A program made the position numbers and the translations under genes. The notes beneath the pieces are model-generated. The model did no database searches, was not told the origin of the DNA, and worked only from the letters and a program-made list of their open reading frames with translations. A stretch of DNA of 64,000 nucleotides from an uncultured delta proteobacterium. Its GTDB lineage: Bacteria; Desulfobacterota; Binatia; DP-6. This document shows, one piece after another, positions 1 through 10,678 of the stretch (positions are counted from its first letter, which is position 1; each line of letters starts with the position of its first letter). The stretch is from NCBI GenBank assembly GCA_963815115.1, contig CAWFFN010000008.1, positions 640,001 to 704,000 of the forward strand. The letters run 5' to 3'.

Positions 1-747
1 GGAGTTGCCGGGATTGATCGCCGCGTCGGTCTGGATGAAGTTGTCGTACGGCCCCTGGTTGATGTGCCGCCCGACGGCGCTGACGATGCCGACGGTGACC
101 GTGTTCTCGAGGCCGAAGGGATTGCCGATGGCGACCACCCATTCGCCGACGCGCAAGCTGTTCGAGTCTCCCAGCTTCACCGCGGGCAGGTCCTTGGCGT
201 CGCCCTTGATCTCGATGAGCGCGATGTCGGTCTTCGCGTCGCGCCCCGCGACCTTGGCCTTGAACTCCTTGCCGTTCGAGAGCTTGACGACGATCTCGTC
301 GGCGTTCTCGACGACGTGATTGTTGGTGAGGATGTAGCCGCTCGAGTCGATGACGAAGCCGGAGCCGAGGCTCTTGGCCTTGAACGGCTTGCGTGGCTGC
401 CCGAAGAAGCGCTCGAACGGTCCGTAGAATTCGCCGAAGGGATCGTCCTCGCCCTGGCCCTGGCCCGGTCCCTGTCCGCCCCCGGGACCCTGCGGGCCGC
501 GCGACTTCACCTCCTGGGTGCTCGAGATGTTCACGACCGAGGGTGACATGTGCTCGGACAGGTCGGCGAAGTCCGGCAGCACGACGGCGGGGGGCGGCCC
601 ACCCGACGGCTTCTGCTCTCCGCCGCCGAAGAGATTGAGCGCCTCGCTGCGTGAAACCAGATCGTACCGCACGCTGACGGCGCTGCCGACCACGAACCCG
701 ATCAGCGCCGTCGCGACGAGCGCCCGGCGGTTGGTGCCTCTGCTCAT
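1..747 (-). CDS. degP: HtrA/DegP/DegQ family serine endoprotease, N-terminal part (runs off the window edge)
   Basis: The minus strand reads ...[23 protein letters not shown]...[18 protein letters not shown]. The ATG at 747 overlaps the upstream stop (ATGA). N-terminus is hydrophobic. Confidence 0.92.
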   Translation of the reverse strand, partial: MSRGTNRRALVATALIGFVVGSAVSVRYDLVSRSEALNLFGGGEQKPSGGPPPAVVLPDFADLSEHMSPSVVNISSTQEVKSRGPQGPGGGQGPGQGQGEDDPFGEFYGPFERFFGQPRKPFKAKSLGSGFVIDSSGYILTNNHVVENADEIVVKLSNGKEFKAKVAGRDAKTDIALIEIKGDAKDLPAVKLGDSNSLRVGEWVVAIGNPFGLENTVTVGIVSAVGRHINQGPYDNFIQTDAAINPGNS

Positions 748-1190
748 GCCTCCTCCTTCGGTGTCCCTCGCACGAGCTCCACGTACCGCATGCGAAGGTC
801 GTAGAGGACGGCCTCGAGCAACTGGGCCTCCGCCTGCTCGAGATTGTTCCTGGTCTTGGCCTCGAGGATGCCGAGGATGTCGATGACGTGCCGGGCCGCG
901 CCCAGATCGCGCTCCACCTGGCCGCTCACCGGGCTCTCGATGTCGCCCAGGTGGAGCAGCGCCTGCGTGCTCAGTCCGAGGATGAAGGTGGAGAAGCTGA
1001 CCGGCTCCTCCGGCGCGCGATCGCCGGTCGGCCCGGGCTCGGGGGCCGATTCGGCCTCGGGCGCCGGCTCGATCCCGGCTCCGGACGACGCTTCGGTCTG
1101 CTCCTCGGCCGGATGCGCCTCGCCCTCGTCTGCAAAGCGCCGACGATCGGTGACGCGGAAGCCGCGTGACGAGTCCTTGTCCTCTTCCAT
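744..1190 (-). CDS. DUF1844 domain protein
   Basis: Motifs [10 protein letters not shown] and [17 protein letters not shown]...[19 protein letters not shown]...[10 protein letters not shown]. Start taken at MEEDK. Confidence 0.85.
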   Translation of the reverse strand: MEEDKDSSRGFRVTDRRRFADEGEAHPAEEQTEASSGAGIEPAPEAESAPEPGPTGDRAPEEPVSFSTFILGLSTQALLHLGDIESPVSGQVERDLGAARHVIDILGILEAKTRNNLEQAEAQLLEAVLYDLRMRYVELVRGTPKEEA

Positions 1191-1450
1191 CGTCGATCCC
1201 TCGTCCCTCAGCTCCTCGACGGGACGCACGCTCGTCGGCGGCCCCGGCCGACGTCACCTGCCTGCCGCGCCCGGTTCAACGAGGATGACGTCCGCCGACC
1301 GCAGCCCACACGGCAGCCGCCCCGACAAGGACCGCGACCTGCGCGCCTGGCGCCTTCACGGTGACGAGCTTCGGCGCGCGGCACGGACACGTCTTCCGGG
1401 GTTGCGTGAGATCGTGGGTGCAGCCTGGGGGGAGCCTCTTTATGGCGCGG

Positions 1451-1479
1451 ACGCTAGACCCGGGGTCGGTGCTTGTCAA
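1451..1479 (-). promoter_or_regulatory. sigma-70-type promoter for DUF1844-degP
   Basis: TTGACA (1479-1474), 17 nt spacer, TAGCGT (1456-1451) on the minus strand. Confidence 0.6.
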
Positions 1480-2996
1480 GGATTGGACCCGGCAGAGCCG
1501 GGCTCGACGAGCGCCGCGATGCGACCGCCGCGCTCCCGGGCTCGCCGCCAGTCATCGGCGGAGACGACGAAGCGGACGGGGCGCCCGTCCACCGTGTTGT
1601 CGGGGAAGACGGTCACGAAAATTCCGGCCCATCCGGGCAGGCGACCCGGCAGGAAATGCAGGATGAACTGCGCGGGCAGGAAGGTCTGGTTCTCGATCCG
1701 CACGGCGGCGCCCGGCGGCGAGGCGGCGACTGCCTCGCGGACGGTCCCGACCACCCGCGCGGTCTCGGCACGCTCCCAGTCGTGGTGGTCGATGGGGAGG
1801 GGCCGGACGAAGAGGACGATCGCACGGGCGAGCGCCCAGAGCGCGGCGGTGGCGTACACCGCCCGGCGCGCGGGCCGGCTCCGGATCGCCAGCGCGGCGA
1901 TCGCGATCGAGAGCAGCAGCGTGAGGAGCGCCAGCGGCAGGTACTGATAGCGCGGCGCCAGGGCGGCGGTGAGCACCGGCTCCCGGTAGAATGCGAACAG
2001 GCTCGCACGTCCGACGGCGGTCATCCCGTCGACGGCGGCCAGCAGCAATCCGAGACCGAGGAGCTGGCGGCGCACCACGGGCCCGGATCGGCGCCACCCG
2101 AGGACGAGCACACCGGCGACGACGGCGGCCGCGGCGACGCCGAGCGGGCTCGGGTAGCCCCGGCCGAGACCGAGGAAGCCGAGCACCAGGGTGCAGGCGC
2201 CGAAGGCGAGCAGATGCATCCCGAGCACGACCGCCCCGGGGAGCGCGGCCACGGTCGCCCGCCCGGTGAGCGCCTCGCGAAACGGCACGTCGGCGTCGGA
2301 CGACTGCGCGCGCAGGACGCCGTACACGGCGAAGATCGCGAGCGCGGCCAGGATCAGGATGCCGATGCTCCGCGGGCCGCGCCGCTTCGCCGGCAGCGCG
2401 AGCAGGACGGTCAGCGGGAACGCGGCGCAGATGGCGAGGCCGGCCGTGTAGCACGTCGCGCCGACGGCGAGGAGCGCACCCCACCACAGGGCGCGGCGGG
2501 GCTGCAGGATCTCGTCGCGCGCGACCGTGGTGCCGAGGGCCGCGAGCACCGCGAGCACGAGGGTCGTGAGAAGCACCTGGCCGTAGGCGGAGTACCACCC
2601 GAGCGCACCCTCGAGCACCGGAGACGTGCCCCAGAGCGCGGCACCGACGCACGCCAGCACGAGATCGCCCGTGAAGCCCCGGATCGCGCGCGCGAGCAGG
2701 AGCACGTTCACCAGGTGGGTGAGCAGCATGCTCCAGAAGTAGGGCCGCGGATCCGGTCCGAAGACGTGGAACAGGCCCGCGAAGACGAGATTGCGGACCA
2801 GGTAGAACTGCCCGATGAAGAGCTCGCTCGAGAAGCTCCAGAGCGTCCGGGTGGCGATGTCGTAGAGGTGCACGAAGTCGTCGTTCCAGAAGTAGTTGTT
2901 GCGGATCGGCGCCCAGACGGCCGCCGCGGCCACGAGCGGCAAGACCGCCAGGAGCGCCGTGACGATCGCGGAGCGAGCGGAGTGGTGCGCTGGCAT
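1476..2996 (-). CDS. Polytopic membrane protein, GT-C (PMT/ArnT-like) glycosyltransferase-like
   Basis: About 10-12 hydrophobic segments. An acidic 'WNDDF' motif follows the first TM, and 'RY' occurs near the last TMs. Lies next to dprE1/E2-like genes. Confidence 0.6.
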   Translation of the reverse strand: MPAHHSARSAIVTALLAVLPLVAAAAVWAPIRNNYFWNDDFVHLYDIATRTLWSFSSELFIGQFYLVRNLVFAGLFHVFGPDPRPYFWSMLLTHLVNVLLLARAIRGFTGDLVLACVGAALWGTSPVLEGALGWYSAYGQVLLTTLVLAVLAALGTTVARDEILQPRRALWWGALLAVGATCYTAGLAICAAFPLTVLLALPAKRRGPRSIGILILAALAIFAVYGVLRAQSSDADVPFREALTGRATVAALPGAVVLGMHLLAFGACTLVLGFLGLGRGYPSPLGVAAAAVVAGVLVLGWRRSGPVVRRQLLGLGLLLAAVDGMTAVGRASLFAFYREPVLTAALAPRYQYLPLALLTLLLSIAIAALAIRSRPARRAVYATAALWALARAIVLFVRPLPIDHHDWERAETARVVGTVREAVAASPPGAAVRIENQTFLPAQFILHFLPGRLPGWAGIFVTVFPDNTVDGRPVRFVVSADDWRRARERGGRIAALVEPGSAGSNP

Positions 2997-3135
2997 GCGA
3001 GGCGAGCGCGCGGACGCGCCGGCTGCGGCTTGCTAGCATGCTCGTCACACGAGGCTCAATGGCCGCGGCAACGCCGCGGCCGCCGGCCGTGTTTCGTTGA
3101 CGCCGCCAGGCGGCGGCGATAGTTCGCTGGCGCCA

Positions 3136-4473
3136 ATGGAGGGGGCCGCCCAGATCACCCTGCAGAGCTTCGGCCGTACCTGCCGGGCCACGGTGCGCGC
3201 GCTCCGTCCGGAGCGCGAGCGCGAGCTGCTCGCCGCGGTGCGGGCCGGAAGTCCCGGCGGCTTTCTCGCCCGCGGATCGGGCAGGAGCTACGGCGACTGC
3301 GCGATCGCCACCGAGGCCACGGTGGTCCTGATGCAGCGCCTCGACCGGCTGACCGCGTTCGATCCGGAGCGTGCCGAGATCGTGTGCGAGGCCGGCGTGG
3401 AGCTCGGCGAGCTGGTGCGCCTGTTTCTGCCGCGAGGCTTCCTGGTTCCCGCCTGCCCCGGTAGCGCGCAGGTGACCGTCGGCGGTGCGATCGCGAACGA
3501 CGTGCACGGCAAGAACCAGCTGGCCGAAGGCTGTTTCGGACACCACGTGCGCTGGATCGATCTGGTGCTCGCCTCGGGCGAGGTGGTCCGCGTGTCACCG
3601 AGCGAGCGCCGGGAGCTCTTCGAGGCGACGATCGGCGGTGTCGGCCTCACCGGCATCGTGCTGCGCGCGTGCTTCGGGCTCGAGCGCGTCCCGTCCGTCG
3701 CACTCCGCTGGCGCGCGCGGCGGATCCCCGGCTTCGACGCCTTCCTCGACGCGCTCGACCGCGCTGCCTGCGAAGCGGCGTACGTCGTGGGGTGGGTGGA
3801 CGGCACGGCGCGCGGCGCGGCGCTCGGCCGCGGCATCCTGGAGACCGCCGAGTTCACTTCCGCCGCGGGGAGCGTCAGGCTGCCGCCGCACCGGGCGACG
3901 GGACGCGGACTCGCCGCTCCCGGCCCGCCATTCGCGCGTCAGGCCGTCGCGGCGTGGAACGCGCTGCGGCTCCTGCGCGTCCCTGCCCAGGGCATGACGC
4001 GGACGCTCGACGTGGCGCGCGTCCTGTTTCCGCTCGATGCGAACTCGCTCTATGGCCGACTGCGTCTTCGCGAGCTGCACGCCGTGTTCCCCGAGATCGA
4101 CGCGGGCGCCGGCCTGCGCCGCGTCCTCGCGGCGCTGGCGGAGTCCTCGGTGCCGCCGCTGCTCGTCGCCCTCAAGCGCTTCGGCCGCCCCGGCATCGGG
4201 CACCTCTCCTTCGCCATGCCGGGGCACTCGCTGGTGATCGACATGCCGGCGGATCGCCGCGCGGAGGCGTTGCTGGGCCGCCTCGAGGCGATCGTGCTCG
4301 AGCACGGCGGACGCATCTATCTCGCCAAGGACGGCACGCTCGCGGCCGAGTCGTTCGCGCGCATGTATCCGAGGCTGGGCGATTTCCGGCGCGTGCTCGC
4401 GACGGTCGATCCCCAGGGGGTGTTCCGCTCCGATCTCGCGCGCCGCCTGCGCATTCGTGAAGCCGCCGAATGA
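3136..4473 (+). CDS. FAD-binding oxidoreductase, DprE1-like (polyprenylphosphoryl-ribose oxidase family)
   Basis: Motifs RGSGRSYGD, TVGGAIANDVHGKN, GGVGLTG, GGRIYLAKD, DPQGVFRSDLARRL. Confidence 0.85.
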   Translation: MEGAAQITLQSFGRTCRATVRALRPERERELLAAVRAGSPGGFLARGSGRSYGDCAIATEATVVLMQRLDRLTAFDPERAEIVCEAGVELGELVRLFLPRGFLVPACPGSAQVTVGGAIANDVHGKNQLAEGCFGHHVRWIDLVLASGEVVRVSPSERRELFEATIGGVGLTGIVLRACFGLERVPSVALRWRARRIPGFDAFLDALDRAACEAAYVVGWVDGTARGAALGRGILETAEFTSAAGSVRLPPHRATGRGLAAPGPPFARQAVAAWNALRLLRVPAQGMTRTLDVARVLFPLDANSLYGRLRLRELHAVFPEIDAGAGLRRVLAALAESSVPPLLVALKRFGRPGIGHLSFAMPGHSLVIDMPADRRAEALLGRLEAIVLEHGGRIYLAKDGTLAAESFARMYPRLGDFRRVLATVDPQGVFRSDLARRLRIREAAE

Positions 4474-5210
4474 CGGAGGACACCTGGCTCGTCCTGGGGG
4501 CGTCCTCCCCGATCGCCCGGGCGATCGCTCGTCGCGTCGCCGAGCGCGGCCAGCGTTTGCTCCTGGCCGGCCGCGATCGCGAGGATCTGTCCCGGATCGC
4601 CGAGGACCTCGCGGTGCGCGGCGCCGCGCGCGTCGAGGTCCTGGCGTTCGACGCCGCCGACCTGGAGAGTCACGCCGGATTCGCCGCCCGGTGCGCCGAG
4701 CTGGCCGGCGGGGGCGCGCTCGCGGTGCTGGTCGCGTTCGCCGTCATGCCCGAGCAGCCGGACATCGACGGCGACCCGTCGCTGGTCCGCCGCACCATCG
4801 ACACCACGTTCACCGGCGCGGCCTCCGTGCTGCACCACCTCGTGCCCCAGCTCGAGCGCGGCGGGCGCGTCGTCGTCCTGGGCTCCGTCGCGGGCGACCG
4901 CGGGCGGCCGCGCAACTACGTGTACGGCGCGGCCAAGGCGGGGCTGCACGCCTACCTCCAGGGCTTGCGCGGACGCCTGCATCGGCGCGGCGTGCCGGTC
5001 ACCACGGTGAAGCTGGGCTTCGTCGACACCCCGATGACCTTCGGACGTCGCGGCACCTTCCTGGTCGCGTCACCCGACGCCGCCGCGGCGGCCGTGCTCC
5101 GCCACGCCGACCGCGGCACCGACGTGTGCTACGTCCCGGCCTTCTGGCGTCCAGTGATGCTCGCCATTCGTCTGGTTCCCGAGCGCTGGTTCAAGCGGCT
5201 CGACCTGTGA
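4470..5210 (+). CDS. SDR oxidoreductase, DprE2-like
   Basis: Motifs LGASSPIA, SVAGDRGRPRNYVYGAAKAG (YxxxK), GFVDTPMT. Overlaps the upstream gene (ATGA). Confidence 0.85.
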   Translation: MTEDTWLVLGASSPIARAIARRVAERGQRLLLAGRDREDLSRIAEDLAVRGAARVEVLAFDAADLESHAGFAARCAELAGGGALAVLVAFAVMPEQPDIDGDPSLVRRTIDTTFTGAASVLHHLVPQLERGGRVVVLGSVAGDRGRPRNYVYGAAKAGLHAYLQGLRGRLHRRGVPVTTVKLGFVDTPMTFGRRGTFLVASPDAAAAAVLRHADRGTDVCYVPAFWRPVMLAIRLVPERWFKRLDL

Positions 5211-5283
5211 GGGTCGTCCGCGGCCGTCCTCGCGACGCCGCCGGCTTTGCAGCCGGAAGTCCTCTCGCGTATCAGGACGCCCC

Positions 5284-6726
5284 GTGGCCGCCCCCCGCAT
5301 CGGCGTGATCGCCGCCGCCGGCCAGGGACGCCGCATCCATCCGCGCAGCGCGAGCGTGCCCAAGGTGATGCTCGACGTGGCGGGAAAGCCGCTCCTGGTG
5401 CGCAACGTCGAGCTGCTCCGCGATGCCCTCGGGGTCCGCGAGGTGATCGTGGTGATCGGCCATCTCGGCGCCGTGGTCCGCGAGCGGCTCGGTGACGGCA
5501 GCTCGCTCGGCGTCGAGCTGCGCTACGTCGAGAACCCGCGCGCCGACGACGGGCTCGGCACGATCCTGCCCGCGCTCGAGCCGCACGTGCAGCAGCCGTT
5601 CGTGCTCCTGCTGGGCGACGAGCTCTATCTCGAATCGAACCATGCCGGGCTCGCCGGTGTCACGGCGCCGTGGGTCGCCGTGTGCGCCGTGCACCGCACG
5701 GACGACCCCGAGGTCGTCCGGAAGAACTACGCCGTCGAGGTCGTCGACGGCCGCATCACGGCCCTGATCGAGAAGCCGCCCTCGCCCCACGGCGGCCTGG
5801 TCGGCTGCGGCACCTTCCTGCTCGATCCCGAGATCTTCACGACCGCGCGTGGCACCCCGCCCTCGTCCCGGACCGGTAAGCTCGAGCTCATCGACGTGAT
5901 CGACCGTGCCGCGCGCGAGGGCGGTCTGGTGCGCGCCTACGAGCTCACGGGGCACTATCTCAACGTCAACTCGGTGGACGATCTGAATGCCGCCAACTTC
6001 CTCGCCCGCTCGCTGGAGTTCGAGCACCGGCGCGTCAGCGTCGTCATCCCCGCTTCTCAGGAGGCCGCCTCGATCGGCGGCGTCATCCGCGACTTCCGCG
6101 AGCACGCGGACGAGATCATCGTCATGGACAACCGCTCGCCGGACGGGACCGGCGACATCGCGCGCGAGCTCGGCGCCGTCGTCCACTCGCGTCCGTTCGC
6201 CGGCTACGGCGACGCCTGCCGGCAGGGCCTGGACGCCGCGACCGGCGACATCCTCGTGCTGGTCGAAGCAGACGGCACGTTCCGGGCGCACGACCTGGGC
6301 AAGCTCCTCGAGTACCTGAAGGACGCCGACATGGTCATCGGCACGCGCACGACGCGCCAGATGATCCAGCAGGGCGCGAACATGGACGGGCTGCTGCGCT
6401 GGGGAAACGTGGCGGTCGGCAAGATCGTCGAGGCGCTGTGGTGGAAGCTCGAGCCGCGCCTGACCGACGTCGGCTGCACCTACCGGGCGCTGTGGCGCGA
6501 CTGCTACCGCAAGATTCGACCGTACCTGGCCGAGGACGGACCCGCCTTCTCGCCGGAGATGATGATCGAGGTGCTGCGCATGGAGGGCCGGCTCATCGAG
6601 GTGCCGGTGAACTACTACCGCCGCCGGGCCGGCGAATCGAAGCACTCGGCGAGCCGCCGGCACAGCATGCGCACCGGCCTCACGATGCTGAACCTGATCG
6701 TGCGCAAGCGGCTGAACCTGCGCTGA
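5284..6726 (+). CDS. Sugar-phosphate nucleotidyltransferase fused to GT2 (polyprenol-phosphate glycosyltransferase-like)
   Basis: N-terminal AAGQGRR...PK, LGD, IEKP. C-terminal VSVVIPA, MDNRSPDGT, GYGDAC, EADG, LTDVGCTYRA. Confidence 0.85.
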   Translation: MAAPRIGVIAAAGQGRRIHPRSASVPKVMLDVAGKPLLVRNVELLRDALGVREVIVVIGHLGAVVRERLGDGSSLGVELRYVENPRADDGLGTILPALEPHVQQPFVLLLGDELYLESNHAGLAGVTAPWVAVCAVHRTDDPEVVRKNYAVEVVDGRITALIEKPPSPHGGLVGCGTFLLDPEIFTTARGTPPSSRTGKLELIDVIDRAAREGGLVRAYELTGHYLNVNSVDDLNAANFLARSLEFEHRRVSVVIPASQEAASIGGVIRDFREHADEIIVMDNRSPDGTGDIARELGAVVHSRPFAGYGDACRQGLDAATGDILVLVEADGTFRAHDLGKLLEYLKDADMVIGTRTTRQMIQQGANMDGLLRWGNVAVGKIVEALWWKLEPRLTDVGCTYRALWRDCYRKIRPYLAEDGPAFSPEMMIEVLRMEGRLIEVPVNYYRRRAGESKHSASRRHSMRTGLTMLNLIVRKRLNLR

Positions 6727-7618
6727 GGCGCGCCAGCGTCCGACAGACGCGGTCGAGGAACGGCCGCCCGTGGTCGCCGGCCCGAGCGCGCAGCGCGACG
6801 AGGCGCGCGCCGAGCGGGCGCCAGCGTGCCGGATCCGTCGGCCCGAAGAGCACCGCACCGCACGCGCCGACCGCGCCGGCCAGATGGCTCACGCCGCTGT
6901 CGTTGCCGATGTAGGCGTCGCTCAGGGCGAGCAGAGCCGCAACGTCGGGAAGGCCCCATCCGCCGGCGACGGCGGTACCCTCGAGCGGCGTCTCACCGGT
7001 CTCCGCGGGGCCGAGAAGCTCGACGACGTCGCCGTGCGATCGCCGCCACCACGCGGCAACGGCGGCGAAGCCCGCGGGCGCCCATCGCTTGGTGTGCGAG
7101 CCCGCCCCGCGATGCATGGCGAGCAGCGGCCGTCTCAAACCGGCGACGAGGGTCTGGGCACGCGCCGATGCGGGGGGCGCGACACCGCCATCCACGGCGA
7201 GCCGCCGCCGATCCGCCGGAACTCCGGCCGCACGCGCGTACGCCACCGCGGCGTGCACGCGACCGGGACCGCGCTCGACGGAGAGCAGGAGGGCCGCGGC
7301 CGCGGCGCCCGCCAGGCGGGCGCGCAGCGTCGCATCGCGCGTGCCGAGCCAGCTGAAGACGGTCGCACCGGGCGCGAGCCAGCGCGGCGTCGTGTCGCCC
7401 CCGAACAGCCACGCCGCGCCCGCCTCGTCGAGGCTCGCGACGGTCTCGGCGACGCCGGCGAGGCGCGCGAGGCCGCGTTGCGGCTCGGGGACGACGAGCG
7501 TCGTCCGGGCCGGACGATGGCGGCGCCGTAGCCGGCGCAGGGTCGGGAGCACCAGCAGGAGATCGCCGAGCGCGCCCGGGAAGATCAGCACCAGCTCCTG
7601 AATTGACCCCGCGCGCAC
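6680..7618 (-). CDS. Glycosyltransferase family 9 (heptosyltransferase-like)
   Basis: Motifs PGALGDLL, HRGAGSHTKRW, YIGNDSGVSHLAGAVG...LFGPTDPARWRP. Start uncertain (GTG at 7618). Confidence 0.85.
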   Translation of the reverse strand: MRAGSIQELVLIFPGALGDLLLVLPTLRRLRRRHRPARTTLVVPEPQRGLARLAGVAETVASLDEAGAAWLFGGDTTPRWLAPGATVFSWLGTRDATLRARLAGAAAAALLLSVERGPGRVHAAVAYARAAGVPADRRRLAVDGGVAPPASARAQTLVAGLRRPLLAMHRGAGSHTKRWAPAGFAAVAAWWRRSHGDVVELLGPAETGETPLEGTAVAGGWGLPDVAALLALSDAYIGNDSGVSHLAGAVGACGAVLFGPTDPARWRPLGARLVALRARAGDHGRPFLDRVCRTLARLSAGSAACARSGSAS

Positions 7619-7661
7619 GCCGCGTATATGCTCATGCGCGCCGATCGCGGACAACGCATTC

Positions 7662-8606
<945 letters not shown>

Positions 8607-8611
8607 CGCGC

Positions 8612-9463
8612 ATGACGCTCGACGACAAGCTGGCGCGCCTGCGCGGCCTGCTGGCGGAGCTCGACTCGGCGCTGGTCGCGTTCTCGGGAGGCGTCGATTC
8701 CACCTTCCTCCTGCGCGTGGCGCACGAGGTCCTCGGGGCGCGCTGTGTCGCCCTCACCACCGTCTCTCCCACGACGCCCGCCGACGACCTCGCCGAAGCA
8801 CGTGCGCTCGCCACCGCACTGGGCGCCGAGCACGTGATCGTGGGCACCGACGAGCTGACCATCGCGGGCTACGCCGAGAATCCGACCAACCGTTGCTATT
8901 TCTGCAAGGACAACCTGTTCGTCATCTCGTCCGCCGAGGCGGCGCGCCGTGGGCTGGGGACGGTGCTCGACGGCGCCAACCTGGACGACCTCGGCGATCA
9001 TCGGCCGGGGCTCGTCGCGGCGAGCGAGCACGGCGTTCGCCATCCCCTCGTCGAGGCCGGCTTCTCCAAGGCCGAGATCCGCGAGGCGAGCCGGGCGTTG
9101 GGGTTGCGCACCTGGGATCGCCCCGCGAGCCCGTGCCTGTCCTCGCGCTTTCCCTACGGCACCAAGATCACGGCGGACGGCCTGGCCCGCGTCGCCGCCG
9201 CCGAGGACTGGCTGCGCGCGCGCGGCATCGGCGAGTTGCGGGTCCGCTTCCACGACGCCCTCGCCCGGGTCGAGGTCGCTCCCGCCGACATGCCGCGCGT
9301 GCTCGCGCTGCGTGCGGAGCTGGTCGAGGCTTTCCGCCGATTCGGCTTCACCTGGGTCGCGCTCGACCTCCAGGGCTTCCGCAGCGGTAGCCTGAACGAA
9401 GCGCTTCCTCCCGGAAAACACGAGGGGCCGGGGGACGAACCCCCGGCCCCTCGCCCCCGCTAG
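8612..9463 (+). CDS. larE: ATP-dependent sulfur transferase LarE
   Basis: PP-loop AFSGGVDS, plus NPTNRCYFCK, DDLGDHRPG, SPCLSSRFPYG, GFRSGSLNE. Confidence 0.92.
   Translation: MTLDDKLARLRGLLAELDSALVAFSGGVDSTFLLRVAHEVLGARCVALTTVSPTTPADDLAEARALATALGAEHVIVGTDELTIAGYAENPTNRCYFCKDNLFVISSAEAARRGLGTVLDGANLDDLGDHRPGLVAASEHGVRHPLVEAGFSKAEIREASRALGLRTWDRPASPCLSSRFPYGTKITADGLARVAAAEDWLRARGIGELRVRFHDALARVEVAPADMPRVLALRAELVEAFRRFGFTWVALDLQGFRSGSLNEALPPGKHEGPGDEPPAPRPR
9413..9453 (-). terminator. Intrinsic terminator for carD (overlaps the 3' end of larE)
   Basis: Perfect 14-bp stem 9421-9434/9440-9453 with a 5-nt loop, followed on the minus strand by TGTTTTCC. Confidence 0.65.
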
Positions 9464-9495
9464 GCACGCGGGAGGGCCGCAGCGGTGCGGTGATC

Positions 9496-9978
9496 TTAGT
9501 TGGCGAAGATCGTGCGCAGCTCCTCCATGATCTTCTCTTCGCTGAAGGACTTGGCGATGGCCAGCTCCTTCACCAGGAGGTTGCGCGCGGTGTCGAGCAT
9601 CTTGCGCTCGCCGAACGAGAGCTCCTTGTCACCCTTCAACACGAACAGGTCGCGGAGCACCTTGGCGATCTCGAGAACGCTGCCGGTCTTGATCTTCTCG
9701 GTGTACTCCCGGTAGCGCCGGTTCCACGTCTGCTGGTCGATCTCGACCTTCTTGTCACGCAGGATGCGGTAGACCTTGGCGACCATGTCCTTGCCGATGA
9801 TGCGGCGGAGTCCGACCGCGTTGACGTTCTCGGTCGGGATCATGATCGTCATGTCGCTGTCGAGGATGCGGAGCATGTAGAACTTCCGCTCGGAGCCCGA
9901 AACCACCCGCGTCTGGATGCCCTCGATGACACCGACGCCATGCGCCGGGTACACGACCTTTTCCCCTATCTTGAACAT
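9496..9978 (-). CDS. carD: CarD/CdnL family RNAP-binding regulator
   Basis: MFKIGEKVVYPAHGVG...TWNRRYREYTEKIKTGS...LSFGERKMLDTARNLLVKELA. Confidence 0.95.
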   Translation of the reverse strand: MFKIGEKVVYPAHGVGVIEGIQTRVVSGSERKFYMLRILDSDMTIMIPTENVNAVGLRRIIGKDMVAKVYRILRDKKVEIDQQTWNRRYREYTEKIKTGSVLEIAKVLRDLFVLKGDKELSFGERKMLDTARNLLVKELAIAKSFSEEKIMEELRTIFAN

Positions 9979-10419
9979 ACCGGTCATTCGAGTTGGCCTC
10001 CGGAAGCGTGCGGATGAGCCCCCGCATACTAGCTGACGACCCCCTTTCCGGTCAACGAACGGCCGCTTGCACGCGCCCGGGCGGCACCCGGAATGTCGCC
10101 CCATGACCGCGCGGACGCCATCAGGCAACCTCCTGACTTCCTTGCGAAACTTCCATGCGTGCGGGGCCGTCGGACGGGCCGCGGCACGGGCGGAGAGCGG
10201 CACGCGACCGCGTGCCGGCAGGCACACACATCCCGTGCCATGCAAAGCTCGATAGAGCCCGGCGCCCGCTAGCGAACGGCAGCTAAGGAAGCCTTTGGCT
10301 AGCTTTCCCGCATCCGTCAGAGGCTTGGTTGCGAGCGCAGTTCTTTTGTGACACAAGCGGCGTTGCTTTACCTAGACCACCCCGGGCCTCCCCGCCCGGG
10401 CCAAAGGGAGGTGCGAGGG

Positions 10420-10638
10420 ATGAAGGCACGCAAGTTGGGTGCGAGCATCGCCACGCTGGCGCTCGTGAGCACGATGATGGTTGGATGCGCCGGCAAGAAA
10501 GAGGTCGAGCAGGCGAACGCGGCTGCCGCTCGAGCTGAGGATGCGAGCCGTCGGGCAGAGGCCGCAGCGAGCAGGGTCGATTCCGCAGCCGCGCGCTGCG
10601 AAGCGGCCATGAGCTCCGGCAAGACCCTGCGCAAGTAG
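10420..10638 (+). CDS. Alanine-zipper lipoprotein (Lpp/OprI-like)
   Basis: RBS GGGAGG, signal peptide with lipobox MVGC, Ala-rich heptads, C-terminal Lys. Confidence 0.8.
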   Translation: MKARKLGASIATLALVSTMMVGCAGKKEVEQANAAAARAEDASRRAEAAASRVDSAAARCEAAMSSGKTLRK

Positions 10639-10678
10639 TGCGCGTTACTTCCCACACGTTTACAAGGAGGTGATGCGC

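Noticed and set aside
1238-1302. Possible SRP RNA (contains GTTGAACCGGG on the minus strand)
   Set aside because: It lacks the conserved helix-8 CAGG..GNRA..AGCAG motif. Kept only as a generic structured leader.
10225-10240. Possible sigma-54 promoter for carD (TGGCACG on the minus strand)
   Set aside because: The -12 position reads GT rather than GC.
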